Origin: Candidatus Komeilibacteria bacterium
Lineage (GTDB): Bacteria > Patescibacteriota > Patescibacteriia > UBA1558
Reading direction: 5' to 3'
DNA: 64,000 nt
Assembly: GCA_048538275.1 (NCBI GenBank)
Contig: JBLYPW010000004.1
Span: forward strand, 7,567 to 71,566
Below, in pieces: positions 1-10,345 of the stretch. The notes beneath the pieces are model-generated. The model saw only the letters and a program-made list of their open reading frames with translations. It had not been told where the DNA came from and ran no database searches. Within the stretch, counting starts at the first letter, position 1; each line of letters starts with the position of its first letter. Position numbers and translations under genes: made by a program.

Positions 1-146
1 TCGCTTTTGTTTTTCAAGGTATTAAACACAAAAGTGCTTCCATGTTTCTATCCATGTTGATTAGTTTAATAGAAACATCAACAATCATCATTACTGTTCT
101 CGTGCGAAGTTAGTAATACCAAACCAACAAAAATACGGAGAGTATC

Positions 147-734
147 ATGTTTGATACCGCATTATTCGGTAAGTTGGCCGGTGGATTGTCAATCGCTGCC
201 TACTTCCCATTTATATTAGCCATACTACGTGGTACAGCCAGACCTAACCGAGCCTCATGGATTATATGGACTTTTATGTCTGGTTCCATTTTCTTCAGTT
301 ATGTAGCTGCTGGTGCTATGAACACAGCCTGAGTTCCCGCAGGATATACAATCGGTTCGTTTATCATTAGTCTCTTCTCCGTCAAATATGGTGAGGGCGG
401 ATGGACAAAACTCGACCGAAACTGTTTCCTTGCAGCGGCTATTGGACTGTTGCTGTGGTGGATTTCTGGATCACCTTTGTTCGCCTTGTTTATTAGCCTT
501 TCGGTTGATATCATAGCGTCTCTACCAACGATCAAAAAATCCTACAAAGATCCTCACAGTGAAGACAAGCTAACTTGGTTTTTATTCTGGGGAGGATCTC
601 TAGCAAATGTGCTAGCCATAGATGGTTGGACGTTTGAGATTTACTCCTACCCAATAGCGATGTTTGTACTAATTACTCTCATCGCCTCGCTTGTGATATG
701 GGATCGTGGCATTCCAAATCAAAATGAAAATTAA
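147..734 (+). pseudogene. 6-TM-like membrane protein (PQ-loop/SemiSWEET-like two-repeat organisation) whose frame is open from 147 to 734 except for one in-frame TGA at 330..332
   Basis: ORFs 147..332 and 450..734 lie in the same frame. I translated 333..449 and found no stop (VPAGYTIGSFIISLFSVKYGEGGWTKLDRNCFLAAAIGLLLWW). TGA is used as a genuine stop elsewhere in the window (ruvA at 10925..10927; Mur ligase at 13251..13253). Confidence 0.45.
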
Positions 735-743
735 CTTAAAATA

Positions 744-786
744 AAGCGCCCCATCGATTAAACTCGATGAGGCGCTTTTTTTTATT
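744..786 (+). terminator. Rho-independent terminator: AAGCGCC/GGCGCTT stem with inner CCATCGA/TCGATGA pairing, followed by a T8 run
   Basis: Hairpin plus U-tract directly after the stop at 734. Confidence 0.7.
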
Positions 787-854
787 CTATAACGAGCCCT
801 TGACAAATAATAACCTACCTGATAAAGTTGCCTTTCAATTAAAGGAGGAGGATA

Positions 855-1037
855 ATGAAAAAATGTACTTTACTAATTTTGATAATCATAATTTTGTCTT
901 CTTGCACAAACACAACAACTCGTAAAACCATACTTCACTGGCAAAAATCAAGAATTACAGTACGAGGGGAAAAGCATGAAAAAAATAATATCCGGCCTTG
1001 TCTTGGTTGGCATCGTTTTGAATTGGCTCGCTTGTGA
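855..1037 (+). CDS. Small putative lipoprotein (60 aa), signal peptide ending in lipobox-like ILSSC
   Basis: Strong RBS AAAGGAGGAGG 5 nt upstream of the ATG. Hydrophobic N-terminus followed by Cys. Overlaps the next ORF in another frame. Confidence 0.35.
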   Translation: MKKCTLLILIIIILSSCTNTTTRKTILHWQKSRITVRGEKHEKNNIRPCLGWHRFELARL

Positions 1038-1338
1038 AATTGAGCCAGAACCGAAACAGCAAATTTCGGCAAAAATCTACATTTGCCAACTAGAAAAAAA
1101 CAAAAATGGTCAAACTGTTGGTACAATAGTGTTTTGTAAAAAACCAGAAATAATCTGGCGAAACAAAACTCATATTGTTGATTTCCTTTGGCAAGCCACT
1201 TTTCAATGCTCAATACCGCCAAATATGATAGGATCATTCAATACCGCCGCCTTAACCATAATGATAACCGGCTTAGAACCCGTTCCTGAAGCTATTATTA
1301 CCAATATCACAGCCTTGGAAACAGCCGTTAAAATTTAG
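976..1338 (+). CDS. Hypothetical lipoprotein (120 aa), signal peptide MKKIISGLVLVGIVLNWLAC
   Basis: RBS GAGGGG 8 nt upstream. Lipobox-like LAC. Terminator follows. Confidence 0.45.
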   Translation: MKKIISGLVLVGIVLNWLACEIEPEPKQQISAKIYICQLEKNKNGQTVGTIVFCKKPEIIWRNKTHIVDFLWQATFQCSIPPNMIGSFNTAALTIMITGLEPVPEAIITNITALETAVKI

Positions 1339-1355
1339 TGAATTTGATCAATAAT

Positions 1356-1392
1356 ACAAAAACGCCTTGCATAGACCAAGGCGTTTTTATTT
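1356..1392 (+). terminator. Rho-independent terminator: AACGCCTTG/CAAGGCGTT stem plus T-run
   Basis: Perfect 9-bp GC-containing stem followed by TTTTATTTT. Confidence 0.7.
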
Positions 1393-1649
1393 TCCTAATA
1401 TATAAACAAATAAATAAATCACGCATAAACTAATATCAAATTAGACAAAAGGCGCGGAACGCCAAAACAACCAATTCATAAAAAGAACACGGTTGAAATG
1501 CAAACAATATGAAAGCGTCTAGTATGATGCTGGCTATAATGCCTTTGTGTGGCGCCTTGAATGTGGCGGGTATTTTTAAATTATTGAAAAAGAAAAATTA
1601 AATTTTGCAGCAAATAATGGTATAATAATATCAACAAAAGGAGGGTGTG

Positions 1650-1763
1650 ATGGATCTAGAGTCTATTGAAACTTTAAAAACGCTCTTACTGCTTGTGGCT
1701 GGCATTTCTACTACCAGCCTAATAACAATATTGTGGGTTACACACAAAAGGAAAACGTCGTAA
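1650..1763 (+). CDS. Small hydrophobic peptide ORF (37 aa, MDLESIETLKTLLLLVAGISTTSLITILWVTHKRKTS)
   Basis: Canonical RBS AAAGGAGGGTG 6 nt before the ATG. Extended -10 TGGTATAAT upstream. Hairpin AACGTCG/CGGCGTT plus T-run overlaps the stop. Confidence 0.3.
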   Translation: MDLESIETLKTLLLLVAGISTTSLITILWVTHKRKTS

Positions 1764-1866
1764 AATACGGCGTTTTCTACTTTCTCAAACCATAAAATAA
1801 TGGTAAAATGTATACATATTATGCCCCATTCAAAATTTATAAATACACGATTAAACTATTGAAAAA

Positions 1867-2067
1867 ATGACCACATATTTTGCATATATACTACGAGGCA
1901 GGAAAGACAACAAGTCCTATACTAGCTCAACAGCAGATATAAAAAGAAGAGTCAAAGAAAGCGATGCTGAGTTTATAAAAGCTACCAAAACTAAAAGACC
2001 CTTCACTACAATCTACGGTAAAACCCGCCTAAACAAACAGGACGCATTAGCTAAAAAAAATATTTAA
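1867..2067 (+). CDS. GIY-YIG nuclease superfamily small protein (UPF0213/YhbQ-like)
   Basis: N-terminus YFAYILRGRKDNKSYTSSTADIKRRVKE matches the GIY-YIG pattern Y.YIL....YiG.T.dl.rRl.eH. Confidence 0.55.
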   Translation: MTTYFAYILRGRKDNKSYTSSTADIKRRVKESDAEFIKATKTKRPFTTIYGKTRLNKQDALAKKNI

Positions 2068-2132
2068 AATCTGGAACGGACAAAAGATACATAAACAACA
2101 AGCTTAAAGCTTTTTTAAATCTCTAACGGGGT

Positions 2133-4862
2133 ATGCCAAAAAAACAAGAAAAATTAATAATCATAGATGGCCATGCTTTGCTTCATAGAGCCTGGCACGC
2201 ATTACCGCCGTTGCGCACTAAAGACGGCACGATGGTTAATGCTATTTATGGTTTTACCTCAATCTTATTAAAAATAATCAAAGAATTTGAGCCGGAATAT
2301 ATTGCCTGTACTTTTGATCTAAAAGGGCCTACTTTCAGACACGAAGAATTTACAGATTATAAAGCGCAAAGAGAGGCTCCGCCAGACGAATTCATTGATC
2401 AAATACCTCTAATATATGAAATATTAGAAGTTTTTAATATTCCCATCTATACAGCAAAGGGTTATGAAGCGGATGATGTAATTGGCACCTTGGTTCATAA
2501 AATGAACGCCAGTAAGCCGGACTTAAAATGTATCATAGTAACTGGCGATATGGATGCCCTCCAACTAGTTAATAAAAATAATAGCGTCTTTACTATCAGA
2601 AGAGGTATTACTGATACCATTATTTATGATGAAGCGGCTGTTATTAAGCGCTATGGCTTTAAGCCAAAACAAATCATAGATTTCAAAGCTTTAAGGGGTG
2701 ACCCTTCAGATAATATTCCGGGGGTCAATGGTATCGGCGAAAAAGGCGCTACCGAGCTAATTAAAAAATTTAACAGCCTTGATGGTATTTACAAAGCCTT
2801 GGCTAAAACTAATAAAATATCTGATCGCCATAAACAATTATTACAAGAACAAAAGGAACAAGCTTATCAAAGTTATAAACTAGCCACCATTATAACCAAT
2901 ATAAAACTAGATGTTTCTTTAAAAGATATGAAAACTACTGGCTTTGATCCAGAAAAAGTATATAAAGTATTTCAAAAATTTGAATTTAAAAGCCTACTAA
3001 ATAAAATACCAACCAAATTAGCTAAGGGCAGCAAAACTCATGACCTTGAACAGTATGCATCTATAGCACAAAAGAAAATGAGCAGCGGTTATAATCTAAT
3101 TGATAATGATCGCGACTTTAATAATTTTTTTGAACAGCTAAAAAAACAATCTATCTTTGCTTTTGATACAGAAACATCAAGCTTAAATCCTCTAACCGGC
3201 ACATTGCTTGGTATTAGTTTTTGTTGGCAAGCTGGTACAGCCTATTATTTAAACACAAAAGATCATAAACACTGGCTAAAACAACTAGGGCCTGTGTTTA
3301 TGAATGAGAAAATAAAAAAAATTGGGCAAAATCTCAAATTTGATTATAAGGTGATAAAAGTAGCTGGCCTAGAAATTAACAATCTTTTCTTTGATACTCT
3401 TTTGGCTGCCTACATAATTTTGCCACCGGGGCGCAGCTTAAAGCTTGATGATTTAGTTTTTTCCGAGTTTGGTTACAAAATGCAACCTATCACTGATTTA
3501 ATCGGACCTAAAGGAAAAAAACAATTGTCTATGGCAGATATAAGTGTTGATCAAATCTCACCCTATGCTTGCGAAGACGCAGATTATACTTGGCGATTAT
3601 TTAAAATATATTACGATCGCCTCAGCCAAGACAATATGCTAGCCTTGCTACAAAACATAGAGATGCCGCTTATTAAAATATTAGCAGATATGGAATTGTC
3701 AGGCATTGCCATTGATAAAGCGTTTTTGAACAAGATGAATAAAGATTTAACCGCAAAAATCAAAGTTATTGAAACAAAAATATATAAATTAGCTGGAGAG
3801 GAATTTAACGTTGCCTCCCCTAAACAGTTAAAAATAATATTGTTTGAGAAACTCAAAATATCATCAGCTGGACTCAAAAAAACAAAAACTGGAATCTCTA
3901 CGGATGCCGCCCAGCTAGAGAAAATGAGGGGCCTACACCCTATCATTGATCTGATCGCAGATTTTAGGGAATATTCTAAACTAAAAAACACCTATCTAGA
4001 TGCACTACCGCGGCTTATTAATCGCAAAACGGGTCGTGTACATACAAACTATAACCAAGCCGTCACAGCCACCGGCAGACTCTCATCATCTGATCCAAAT
4101 TTACAAAATATTCCTATCCGTACAGAAATCGGTCGCGAAATCCGTAAAGGCTTCATTGCTAAACCGGGACACAAATTGATTGGCGCGGACTACTCCCAAA
4201 TTGAATTGCGCATCATATCTTCACTAGCTAATGATCCCAAAATGATAGCCTCCTTCAAAAAAGGAGAAGACATACACAAGCGTACAGCTGCTGAAATAAA
4301 TCATATTAAACTTACAGAGGTAACTTTTGAACAACGCTATCAAGCTAAGGCTATCAATTTTGGCATCATATATGGACTGGGTGCTACGGGCTTGGCTAGA
4401 AGTACAAATCTAAATCGCAACGAAGCAAAAACATTTATAGAAAACTATTTACAATTATATAAGGAAATAAAAAAATACTTAGAACAAACTAAAAAATTTG
4501 CTCATGATCACGGCTATGTCGAAACGCTATTTAAACGTCGCAGATATTTGCCGGATATAAATTCTAAAGTTCCTTTTCTTTTGGCTGCTGCTGAACGAAT
4601 GGCAATTAATATGCCCGTTCAAGGTACAGCTGCCGATATTATGAAAATAGCCATGATAAAACTCTGGCAAGCATTACCAAACATATCTCCCCAATCAAAA
4701 TTATTATTACAAGTTCATGATGAGGTGGTAATTGAAACCCCTGATGGCGATGTTAAAAAAGTCACCAATTTTGTTAAAAAAACAATGGAAACTGCTTACA
4801 CATTAAAAGTGCCAATCAAGGTTGATATTAACTCTGGTCAAAATTGGGGAGAGCTTAAATAA
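2133..4862 (+). CDS. polA: DNA polymerase I
   Basis: 909 aa. 5'-3' exonuclease N-terminus (LIIIDGHALLHRAWHA). Polymerase motifs DYSQIELRI and QVHDE. Confidence 0.95.
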   Translation: MPKKQEKLIIIDGHALLHRAWHALPPLRTKDGTMVNAIYGFTSILLKIIKEFEPEYIACTFDLKGPTFRHEEFTDYKAQREAPPDEFIDQIPLIYEILEVFNIPIYTAKGYEADDVIGTLVHKMNASKPDLKCIIVTGDMDALQLVNKNNSVFTIRRGITDTIIYDEAAVIKRYGFKPKQIIDFKALRGDPSDNIPGVNGIGEKGATELIKKFNSLDGIYKALAKTNKISDRHKQLLQEQKEQAYQSYKLATIITNIKLDVSLKDMKTTGFDPEKVYKVFQKFEFKSLLNKIPTKLAKGSKTHDLEQYASIAQKKMSSGYNLIDNDRDFNNFFEQLKKQSIFAFDTETSSLNPLTGTLLGISFCWQAGTAYYLNTKDHKHWLKQLGPVFMNEKIKKIGQNLKFDYKVIKVAGLEINNLFFDTLLAAYIILPPGRSLKLDDLVFSEFGYKMQPITDLIGPKGKKQLSMADISVDQISPYACEDADYTWRLFKIYYDRLSQDNMLALLQNIEMPLIKILADMELSGIAIDKAFLNKMNKDLTAKIKVIETKIYKLAGEEFNVASPKQLKIILFEKLKISSAGLKKTKTGISTDAAQLEKMRGLHPIIDLIADFREYSKLKNTYLDALPRLINRKTGRVHTNYNQAVTATGRLSSSDPNLQNIPIRTEIGREIRKGFIAKPGHKLIGADYSQIELRIISSLANDPKMIASFKKGEDIHKRTAAEINHIKLTEVTFEQRYQAKAINFGIIYGLGATGLARSTNLNRNEAKTFIENYLQLYKEIKKYLEQTKKFAHDHGYVETLFKRRRYLPDINSKVPFLLAAAERMAINMPVQGTAADIMKIAMIKLWQALPNISPQSKLLLQVHDEVVIETPDGDVKKVTNFVKKTMETAYTLKVPIKVDINSGQNWGELK

Positions 4863-5087
4863 AAAATCATATCTTTAAGCAAGCCAACTATTCACGTCAA
4901 CCTGCCAATCCAAACCACTAAACAAACAAGAAGTTCAGCTGTAATAATCAAAAACAAACACAAATCAATAGTTTTTTCCATATTAGCAGATGTAGCTATT
5001 TGATTGATTGTCAAAACAGCATTTTCATAGTATCTTAACTTTGCTGGGGAACAAAGAATCCAACCAAATTAATATACTCGCATTATT

Positions 5088-6057
5088 TATGATTTTTTTC
5101 TTTTATGGCGACGACACTTATCGCTCTTATGCCAAAATAAAACAAATCCGTGATAAATTTCGTCAAGAAGTTGATCCTAGTGGTTTTAATATTTTATTAT
5201 TGGACGGGGCAGAAATAAAACTGGAGGATTTTAATGCCGCTGTTAGTCAAGCCGGTTTTTTGGCTAATAAACGTTTAATTATTATAAAAAATATTTTTAA
5301 TAATAAGTCTCTAAACAATTGGCGAGATGAAATTATTGCTTACCTAAATAGGCAAACTGACAGCCCGGAAGAAAATTATCTGCTCTGGTGGCAGGCCGGT
5401 ATACCAGACAAACGCAATGCTTTATTCAAAAAACTATCAAGCTATAAATTTTCACAACAATTTGATCCATTGACTGATAATAAATTACTACAATGGATAA
5501 TGCATACATGCCAAGAACAAAACGTACAAATTACTAAGCCCGCTGCGCATGAATTGGTCGCTATCGTCGGCAATAATCTCTGGCAACTTAGTCAAGAAAT
5601 TGCCAAACTTGCCAATTATAAACCCAATCAATTAATAACTCCGGCCGACATTGAATTGTTAGCACACGGTCAGACAAATGAAAACATTTTTATTCTCAGC
5701 GACGCCGTCGCCCAACAAAACAGGGCAAAGGCTTTAAAACTATTAAACAATCAAATAAATGCCGGTCTGAATGAACAATATTTACTAACCATGATCATTC
5801 GTCAATTCCGTATTCTCATCCAATTAAAATCACTGCTCAATAGCGGCATAGCGCCCAATAAACTGGCCAGTGCCGCCGCTCTTCATCCTTTTGTTGTCAA
5901 AAAAGCGCAAGCACAAATACAAAAATACAATTTGCAACAATTGACTGATATTTATCATCGTTTACTAAAAACCGACTTAGAACTGAAATCAACTAATATA
6001 AATTCCAAGATCCTCTTAAATAAGTTAATCATAAAAACCAGTCCGCCCAGCGAGTAA
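5088..6057 (+). CDS. holA: DNA polymerase III delta subunit
   Basis: HolA-like N-terminus MIFFFYGDDTYRSYAKIKQIRDKF. The ORF is open from 5008 but the internal ATG at 5088 fits the family start better. Confidence 0.75.
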
Positions 6058-6080
6058 CACTAGAGGGCGGACTGGTTTAA
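6038..6080. terminator. Bidirectional terminator hairpin CCAGTCCGCCC/GGGCGGACTGG between convergent holA and rpsT
   Basis: 11-bp perfect stem flanked by an A-run and a T-run. Confidence 0.6.
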
Positions 6081-6099
6081 AATATAAATATTAGCTCGT

Positions 6100-6369
6100 T
6101 TATTTACTAGAACGAGTTTTTATTTTTTTAGCTAAGCGCGACTTGCGACGTGCAGCAGTATTTTTTTTGACCTTACCGGTTTGCACGGCCTTATCAATCT
6201 TCTTCTGATAGTCGGCCGCTAATTTTGCCACCTTGGTCATATCATCACCGTCTAAAGCCTTATCAATCTTTTTTGCCAAATCCTTCAACTCGCGTTTCGC
6301 TCGCAAGTTAACCACACTAGATTTTTTGGACTGACGCAAATCTTTATAAGCAGCTTTCTTAACTGGCAT
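6100..6369 (-). CDS. rpsT: 30S ribosomal protein S20
   Basis: 89 aa basic protein MPVKKAAYKDLRQSKKSSVVNLRAKRELKDL, typical of S20. Confidence 0.85.
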   Translation of the reverse strand: MPVKKAAYKDLRQSKKSSVVNLRAKRELKDLAKKIDKALDGDDMTKVAKLAADYQKKIDKAVQTGKVKKNTAARRKSRLAKKIKTRSSK

Positions 6370-6451
6370 TTTATATTATCTTAAAAATTAAAATGATAGT
6401 TATTAACTATTGCTGGCTAAAACTTTAGCACAAAGCCAAAATAAAATCAAG

Positions 6452-7126
6452 CTATTTTGACGGCCATAAAAATTGTGTCCAGTTCTCCTGATTTAGCTGG
6501 TCAAGTTGGGTGGCTTTTTCTACAGAAAAATCACCAATACTAAGACGGCGCAATTCATAAACCACCGCCCCCGTACCCAACTCCTGACCAATATCATGTA
6601 CCAAAGAACGAACATAGGTGCCAGAACTACAGCTTATCAATAACTCAAGCCAAGGATAAGAAAAATCCTCAATCTCTAATTTACTAATAATAATCTCCGC
6701 CGGCTGACGTTTTATCTCCTTGCCTTGCCGAGCTAATTCGTACAGTTTCTTACCCTTTACTTTTTTAGCAGAAAACATCGGTGGCACTTGCTGCTGAGAA
6801 CCTGTAAATTTTTCTAAAGCTTTATCAATCTGCTCGCGACTTATTTTCTGTTCTGAAAAAAACTTAACCCGACCATCGGCATCATAACTATCCGATACCT
6901 CGCCCAACTTAGTGCGCGTCGTATAAACTTTTGACAATTTAACATAGTGGCTAATGCGCTTAGTAGCCTCTCTGCCAATGGCCACTATCAATAATCCGGT
7001 AGCTAATGGATCTAAGGCACCCGCATGGCCAATTTTTTTTATTCCCGTAATGGTACGCAGGCGCGCCACCACGTCAAATGATGTCCAACCCTTAGGTTTA
7101 TCTATTAATAAAAATCCATTACCCAT
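6452..7126 (-). CDS. truB: tRNA pseudouridine(55) synthase
   Basis: GFLLIDKPKGWTSFDVV and GHAGALDPLATGLL motifs. Confidence 0.9.
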   Translation of the reverse strand: MGNGFLLIDKPKGWTSFDVVARLRTITGIKKIGHAGALDPLATGLLIVAIGREATKRISHYVKLSKVYTTRTKLGEVSDSYDADGRVKFFSEQKISREQIDKALEKFTGSQQQVPPMFSAKKVKGKKLYELARQGKEIKRQPAEIIISKLEIEDFSYPWLELLISCSSGTYVRSLVHDIGQELGTGAVVYELRRLSIGDFSVEKATQLDQLNQENWTQFLWPSK

Positions 7127-9188
7127 TATTGCGTCTTTTACTGCTTAAACGTTTAATCTCATCGCGCAAATAAGCCGCTGTTTCAAAATCAAGATTAGCG
7201 GCTGCTATTTCCATTTTATCTTTCATTTCTGACAATAATTGATTACGAGCTAGGCTATCCATTTTATTCCACTCGGCGGTAGCTGCGGTCAATTCTGAAG
7301 GAGCCTTTACTTGTCGTTTGGTGCCTAATTCCTTTTGAACGCCACGCGGTTTAATATTGTTCTTTTTATTATAATCAGCCTGAATTTTACGGCGACGCTC
7401 TACTACCGCCAAAGCTCGCTGCATAGAACCGGTCTTTTTGTCAGCATACATTATCACTCGCCCGGCCACGTGTCGCGCCGCCCGGCCCATGGTTTGAATT
7501 AAAGAGGTCTCCGAACGTAAAAAGCCTTCCTTATCAGCATCCAAAATTGCTACCAAAGAAACTTCTGGCAAATCCAAGCCTTCTCGCAATAAATTAATAC
7601 CCACCACTACATCTACTTGGCCACTACGCAAATCATACAAAACATCCAAACGCTCTAAAGTATCTACTTCCGAATGAAGGTAATGCACTTTTATCTGTAA
7701 ATCCTGTAAATACTCAGCTAAGTCTTCTGCCATACGCTTAGTTAGGGTGGTCACTAATACTCGCTGCTTCTCTTTTATAGTTTTTTTAATTTCTGCCAAT
7801 AAATCATCAATCTGGTATTTGGTGGGGCGTATTTCTACCACCGGATCCAATAAGCCGGTCGGGCGCAATAGTTGCTCCGCCACTCGAGAATCCGGTTGCT
7901 CAGCCAAATGACTAACCGCCTGCCAATCCACTCGCCAACCAGTTCCGGTGGTATCAACTGGGACATTACATTGTTTCCATTCATAGGGTCCGGGAGTAGC
8001 TGATACGTAAATAACCTGATTCACCTTCTGTACAAACTCATCAAATTGCAGGGGGCGATTATCCAAAGCCGAGGGCAGGCGAAAACCAAAATCAATCAAT
8101 GTATTCTTACGCGCCCGATCACCATTATACATAGCGCCGATCTGGGGCACCGTCATGTGTGATTCATCAATGAAAAGCAAATAATCATCGGGAAAATAAT
8201 CCATCAAAGTATAAGGCGCCTGACCTGCTTGGCGACCATCAAAATAGCGAGAATAATTTTCAATACCATTACAATAACCTACCGACTGAATCATTTCCAG
8301 ATCATATTGCGTGCGTTGCGCTAACCGTTGGGCGGCTAATTCATTGCCCTGCGCTTTAAGACTGCGTAATCTAATAGCCAAATCTCGTTTAATATCACCA
8401 ATTATACTTTTTAATTTTTCTGGAGTGGTTAAATAATGTTTGGCCGGAAAAATTTCTATTTCTTTTAACGGTTGCTCAGTCAAAACCTTGCCAGTCAATG
8501 CGTCACACTGATTAATAGCATCAATTTTATCTCCCCAAAATTCTATCCGCCAATAATAGTCAAGAGTAGCTGTAGGAAAAATATCTACCACATCACCCTT
8601 CACCCGAAAAATACCCCGCCGGTATCCATTATCCTGACGCTCGTATTGCAACTTAACTAACTGACGCAATACCTCTTGCCGATCATGCTCGGTATTGATT
8701 TGTAAACCAAAGCTCAGATCTTGATAGTCCCGCGGATTTCCTAAATTATAAATACAAGAAACCGACGCCACGATAATAACATCACGTCGCGATAAAACTG
8801 CTTGCGTGGAAGCGTGGCGCAACCGATCAATTTCTTCATTAATTTGCGTTTCCTTCTCAATATAAGTATCCGTGCGGGGAATATAAGCTTCCGGCTGATA
8901 ATAATCATAATAACTGACAAAATAGTGCACGGCGTTCTCCGGAAAAAAGCGCTCAAATTCAGCTGCCAACTGCGCCGCTAAAGTCTTATTATGAGAAATA
9001 ATTAAAGTGGGGCGCTGTTGCTGCGCAATTATATTGGCCATGGTAAAAGTTTTACCTGAACCGGTTACGCCCAATAATATTTGATCTCTTACTTTCTTAT
9101 TCAAACCATTGTCTAGCTTAGCGATCGCTTGCGGCTGATCGCCTCTGGGTTTAAATTTTGATTTTAAAACAAATTTTTTCTCCTGCAT
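7119..9188 (-). CDS. uvrB: Excinuclease ABC subunit B
   Basis: 689 aa. FKPRGDQPQAI beta-hairpin region, Walker A GVTGSGKTFT, helicase motifs. Confidence 0.95.
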   Translation of the reverse strand: MQEKKFVLKSKFKPRGDQPQAIAKLDNGLNKKVRDQILLGVTGSGKTFTMANIIAQQQRPTLIISHNKTLAAQLAAEFERFFPENAVHYFVSYYDYYQPEAYIPRTDTYIEKETQINEEIDRLRHASTQAVLSRRDVIIVASVSCIYNLGNPRDYQDLSFGLQINTEHDRQEVLRQLVKLQYERQDNGYRRGIFRVKGDVVDIFPTATLDYYWRIEFWGDKIDAINQCDALTGKVLTEQPLKEIEIFPAKHYLTTPEKLKSIIGDIKRDLAIRLRSLKAQGNELAAQRLAQRTQYDLEMIQSVGYCNGIENYSRYFDGRQAGQAPYTLMDYFPDDYLLFIDESHMTVPQIGAMYNGDRARKNTLIDFGFRLPSALDNRPLQFDEFVQKVNQVIYVSATPGPYEWKQCNVPVDTTGTGWRVDWQAVSHLAEQPDSRVAEQLLRPTGLLDPVVEIRPTKYQIDDLLAEIKKTIKEKQRVLVTTLTKRMAEDLAEYLQDLQIKVHYLHSEVDTLERLDVLYDLRSGQVDVVVGINLLREGLDLPEVSLVAILDADKEGFLRSETSLIQTMGRAARHVAGRVIMYADKKTGSMQRALAVVERRRKIQADYNKKNNIKPRGVQKELGTKRQVKAPSELTAATAEWNKMDSLARNQLLSEMKDKMEIAAANLDFETAAYLRDEIKRLSSKRRNNG

Positions 9189-9242
9189 AATGGTAAAAAA
9201 CTCCCGCGTAATATATTACACGGGAGTTTATCATAAATACTA

Positions 9243-10226
9243 CTATTGTGCCTCGGGAATAATGATGCTAAATTTCGCCCCTTCTCCCGGACTAGACTTA
9301 ACCTCAACTTCACCGTGTAAAAAATCACTAACAATCTTCTGTACCTGATAAAGTCCCAATCCCTGACCATGAGCACGCGTACTATCCTTTGGTAAAAAAA
9401 TCTTTTTTTGTAAATCTTTTGGTATTCCAGGACCATCATCCGCAACAGAAATTTTTATTTTTCTATCTACCTCCTCCGCATCTAAAATAATCTTCCCTCC
9501 CGCTGACATTTCCTCCCTGGCATTATTCACAAACTCCTTGATAATCTCGGTGATGATCATGCCATGACTCATGCGTACATCATAATCTTCACTAACAGCC
9601 GCACTAACAAGCACCGGGTATTGTTCAGTAGATTCATTGTTTAAACGAGCGCTTATGTGTCTCAAATAATGTAACATGTTTACGTCTTTGGGATTACCTT
9701 GTTCCAAAATATTTAAAAAATTTTCTTTATCCAATCTATTGCTGTCATCTATGCCCACACTGACCACCTCATTTAGCGTCTTAAATTCATGCGCCTGAGC
9801 TAACATAGTTATTAACCGACCCTTTTCATTGGCCGCTTCAAAATACTTACGACCACTATGATTCACCATGGCAATACTAAAATACAGCAAAGAAAACTTA
9901 TCCTCGTGAGCTTGTCTTAAATCATTAGACAACTTATCAAAACTCTCCAATGCTTGACGAGCAATGCGGGCCAATTCATTAGCTTCTTGAATAACCTTAT
10001 GATCATGGTCAACTTTCTCTGTTGCGACAGTAGCCGACAATAATTTAAACTGTTGGCTAACATTTTTTACACCGCTCTCATAAGCTGGCCACAACTGGCG
10101 CTCCACAAACTCTCTCCAAGCTTCTTTTTCTTTCTCCCAATTTTTATTAACCTCCTCCATACGGGTGGCGTCCACCATGCCCGTAGCTAATTCAGGACTA
10201 TGCAAAATATTAGAAAAAAATTTCAT
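9243..10226 (-). CDS. Cytoplasmic histidine kinase-like ATPase (HATPase_c), orphan
   Basis: C-terminal G-boxes DDGPGIP and GQGLGLYQVQKIV. The longer ORF to 10289 starts at TTG; the ATG at 10226 is preferred. No response regulator adjacent. Confidence 0.65.
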   Translation of the reverse strand: MKFFSNILHSPELATGMVDATRMEEVNKNWEKEKEAWREFVERQLWPAYESGVKNVSQQFKLLSATVATEKVDHDHKVIQEANELARIARQALESFDKLSNDLRQAHEDKFSLLYFSIAMVNHSGRKYFEAANEKGRLITMLAQAHEFKTLNEVVSVGIDDSNRLDKENFLNILEQGNPKDVNMLHYLRHISARLNNESTEQYPVLVSAAVSEDYDVRMSHGMIITEIIKEFVNNAREEMSAGGKIILDAEEVDRKIKISVADDGPGIPKDLQKKIFLPKDSTRAHGQGLGLYQVQKIVSDFLHGEVEVKSSPGEGAKFSIIIPEAQ

Positions 10227-10345
10227 ATTATTATATTTTAATAAAAGTTCGTCTTTCGCAAAGATAACAAAAATAACGATAAAAGTCAAGGCTAAAAAAT
10301 TGCAAAATCATTGCCTTGGCTACCAAAAAATAGTATCATTAGACC

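Noticed and set aside
330-332. Genome-wide TGA recoding (code 25, Gly) as the explanation for the in-frame TGA
   Set aside because: TGA terminates ruvA (10925-10927, with a 4-nt ATGA overlap start of the next gene) and the Mur ligase (13251-13253). TGA is therefore a normal stop in this genome.
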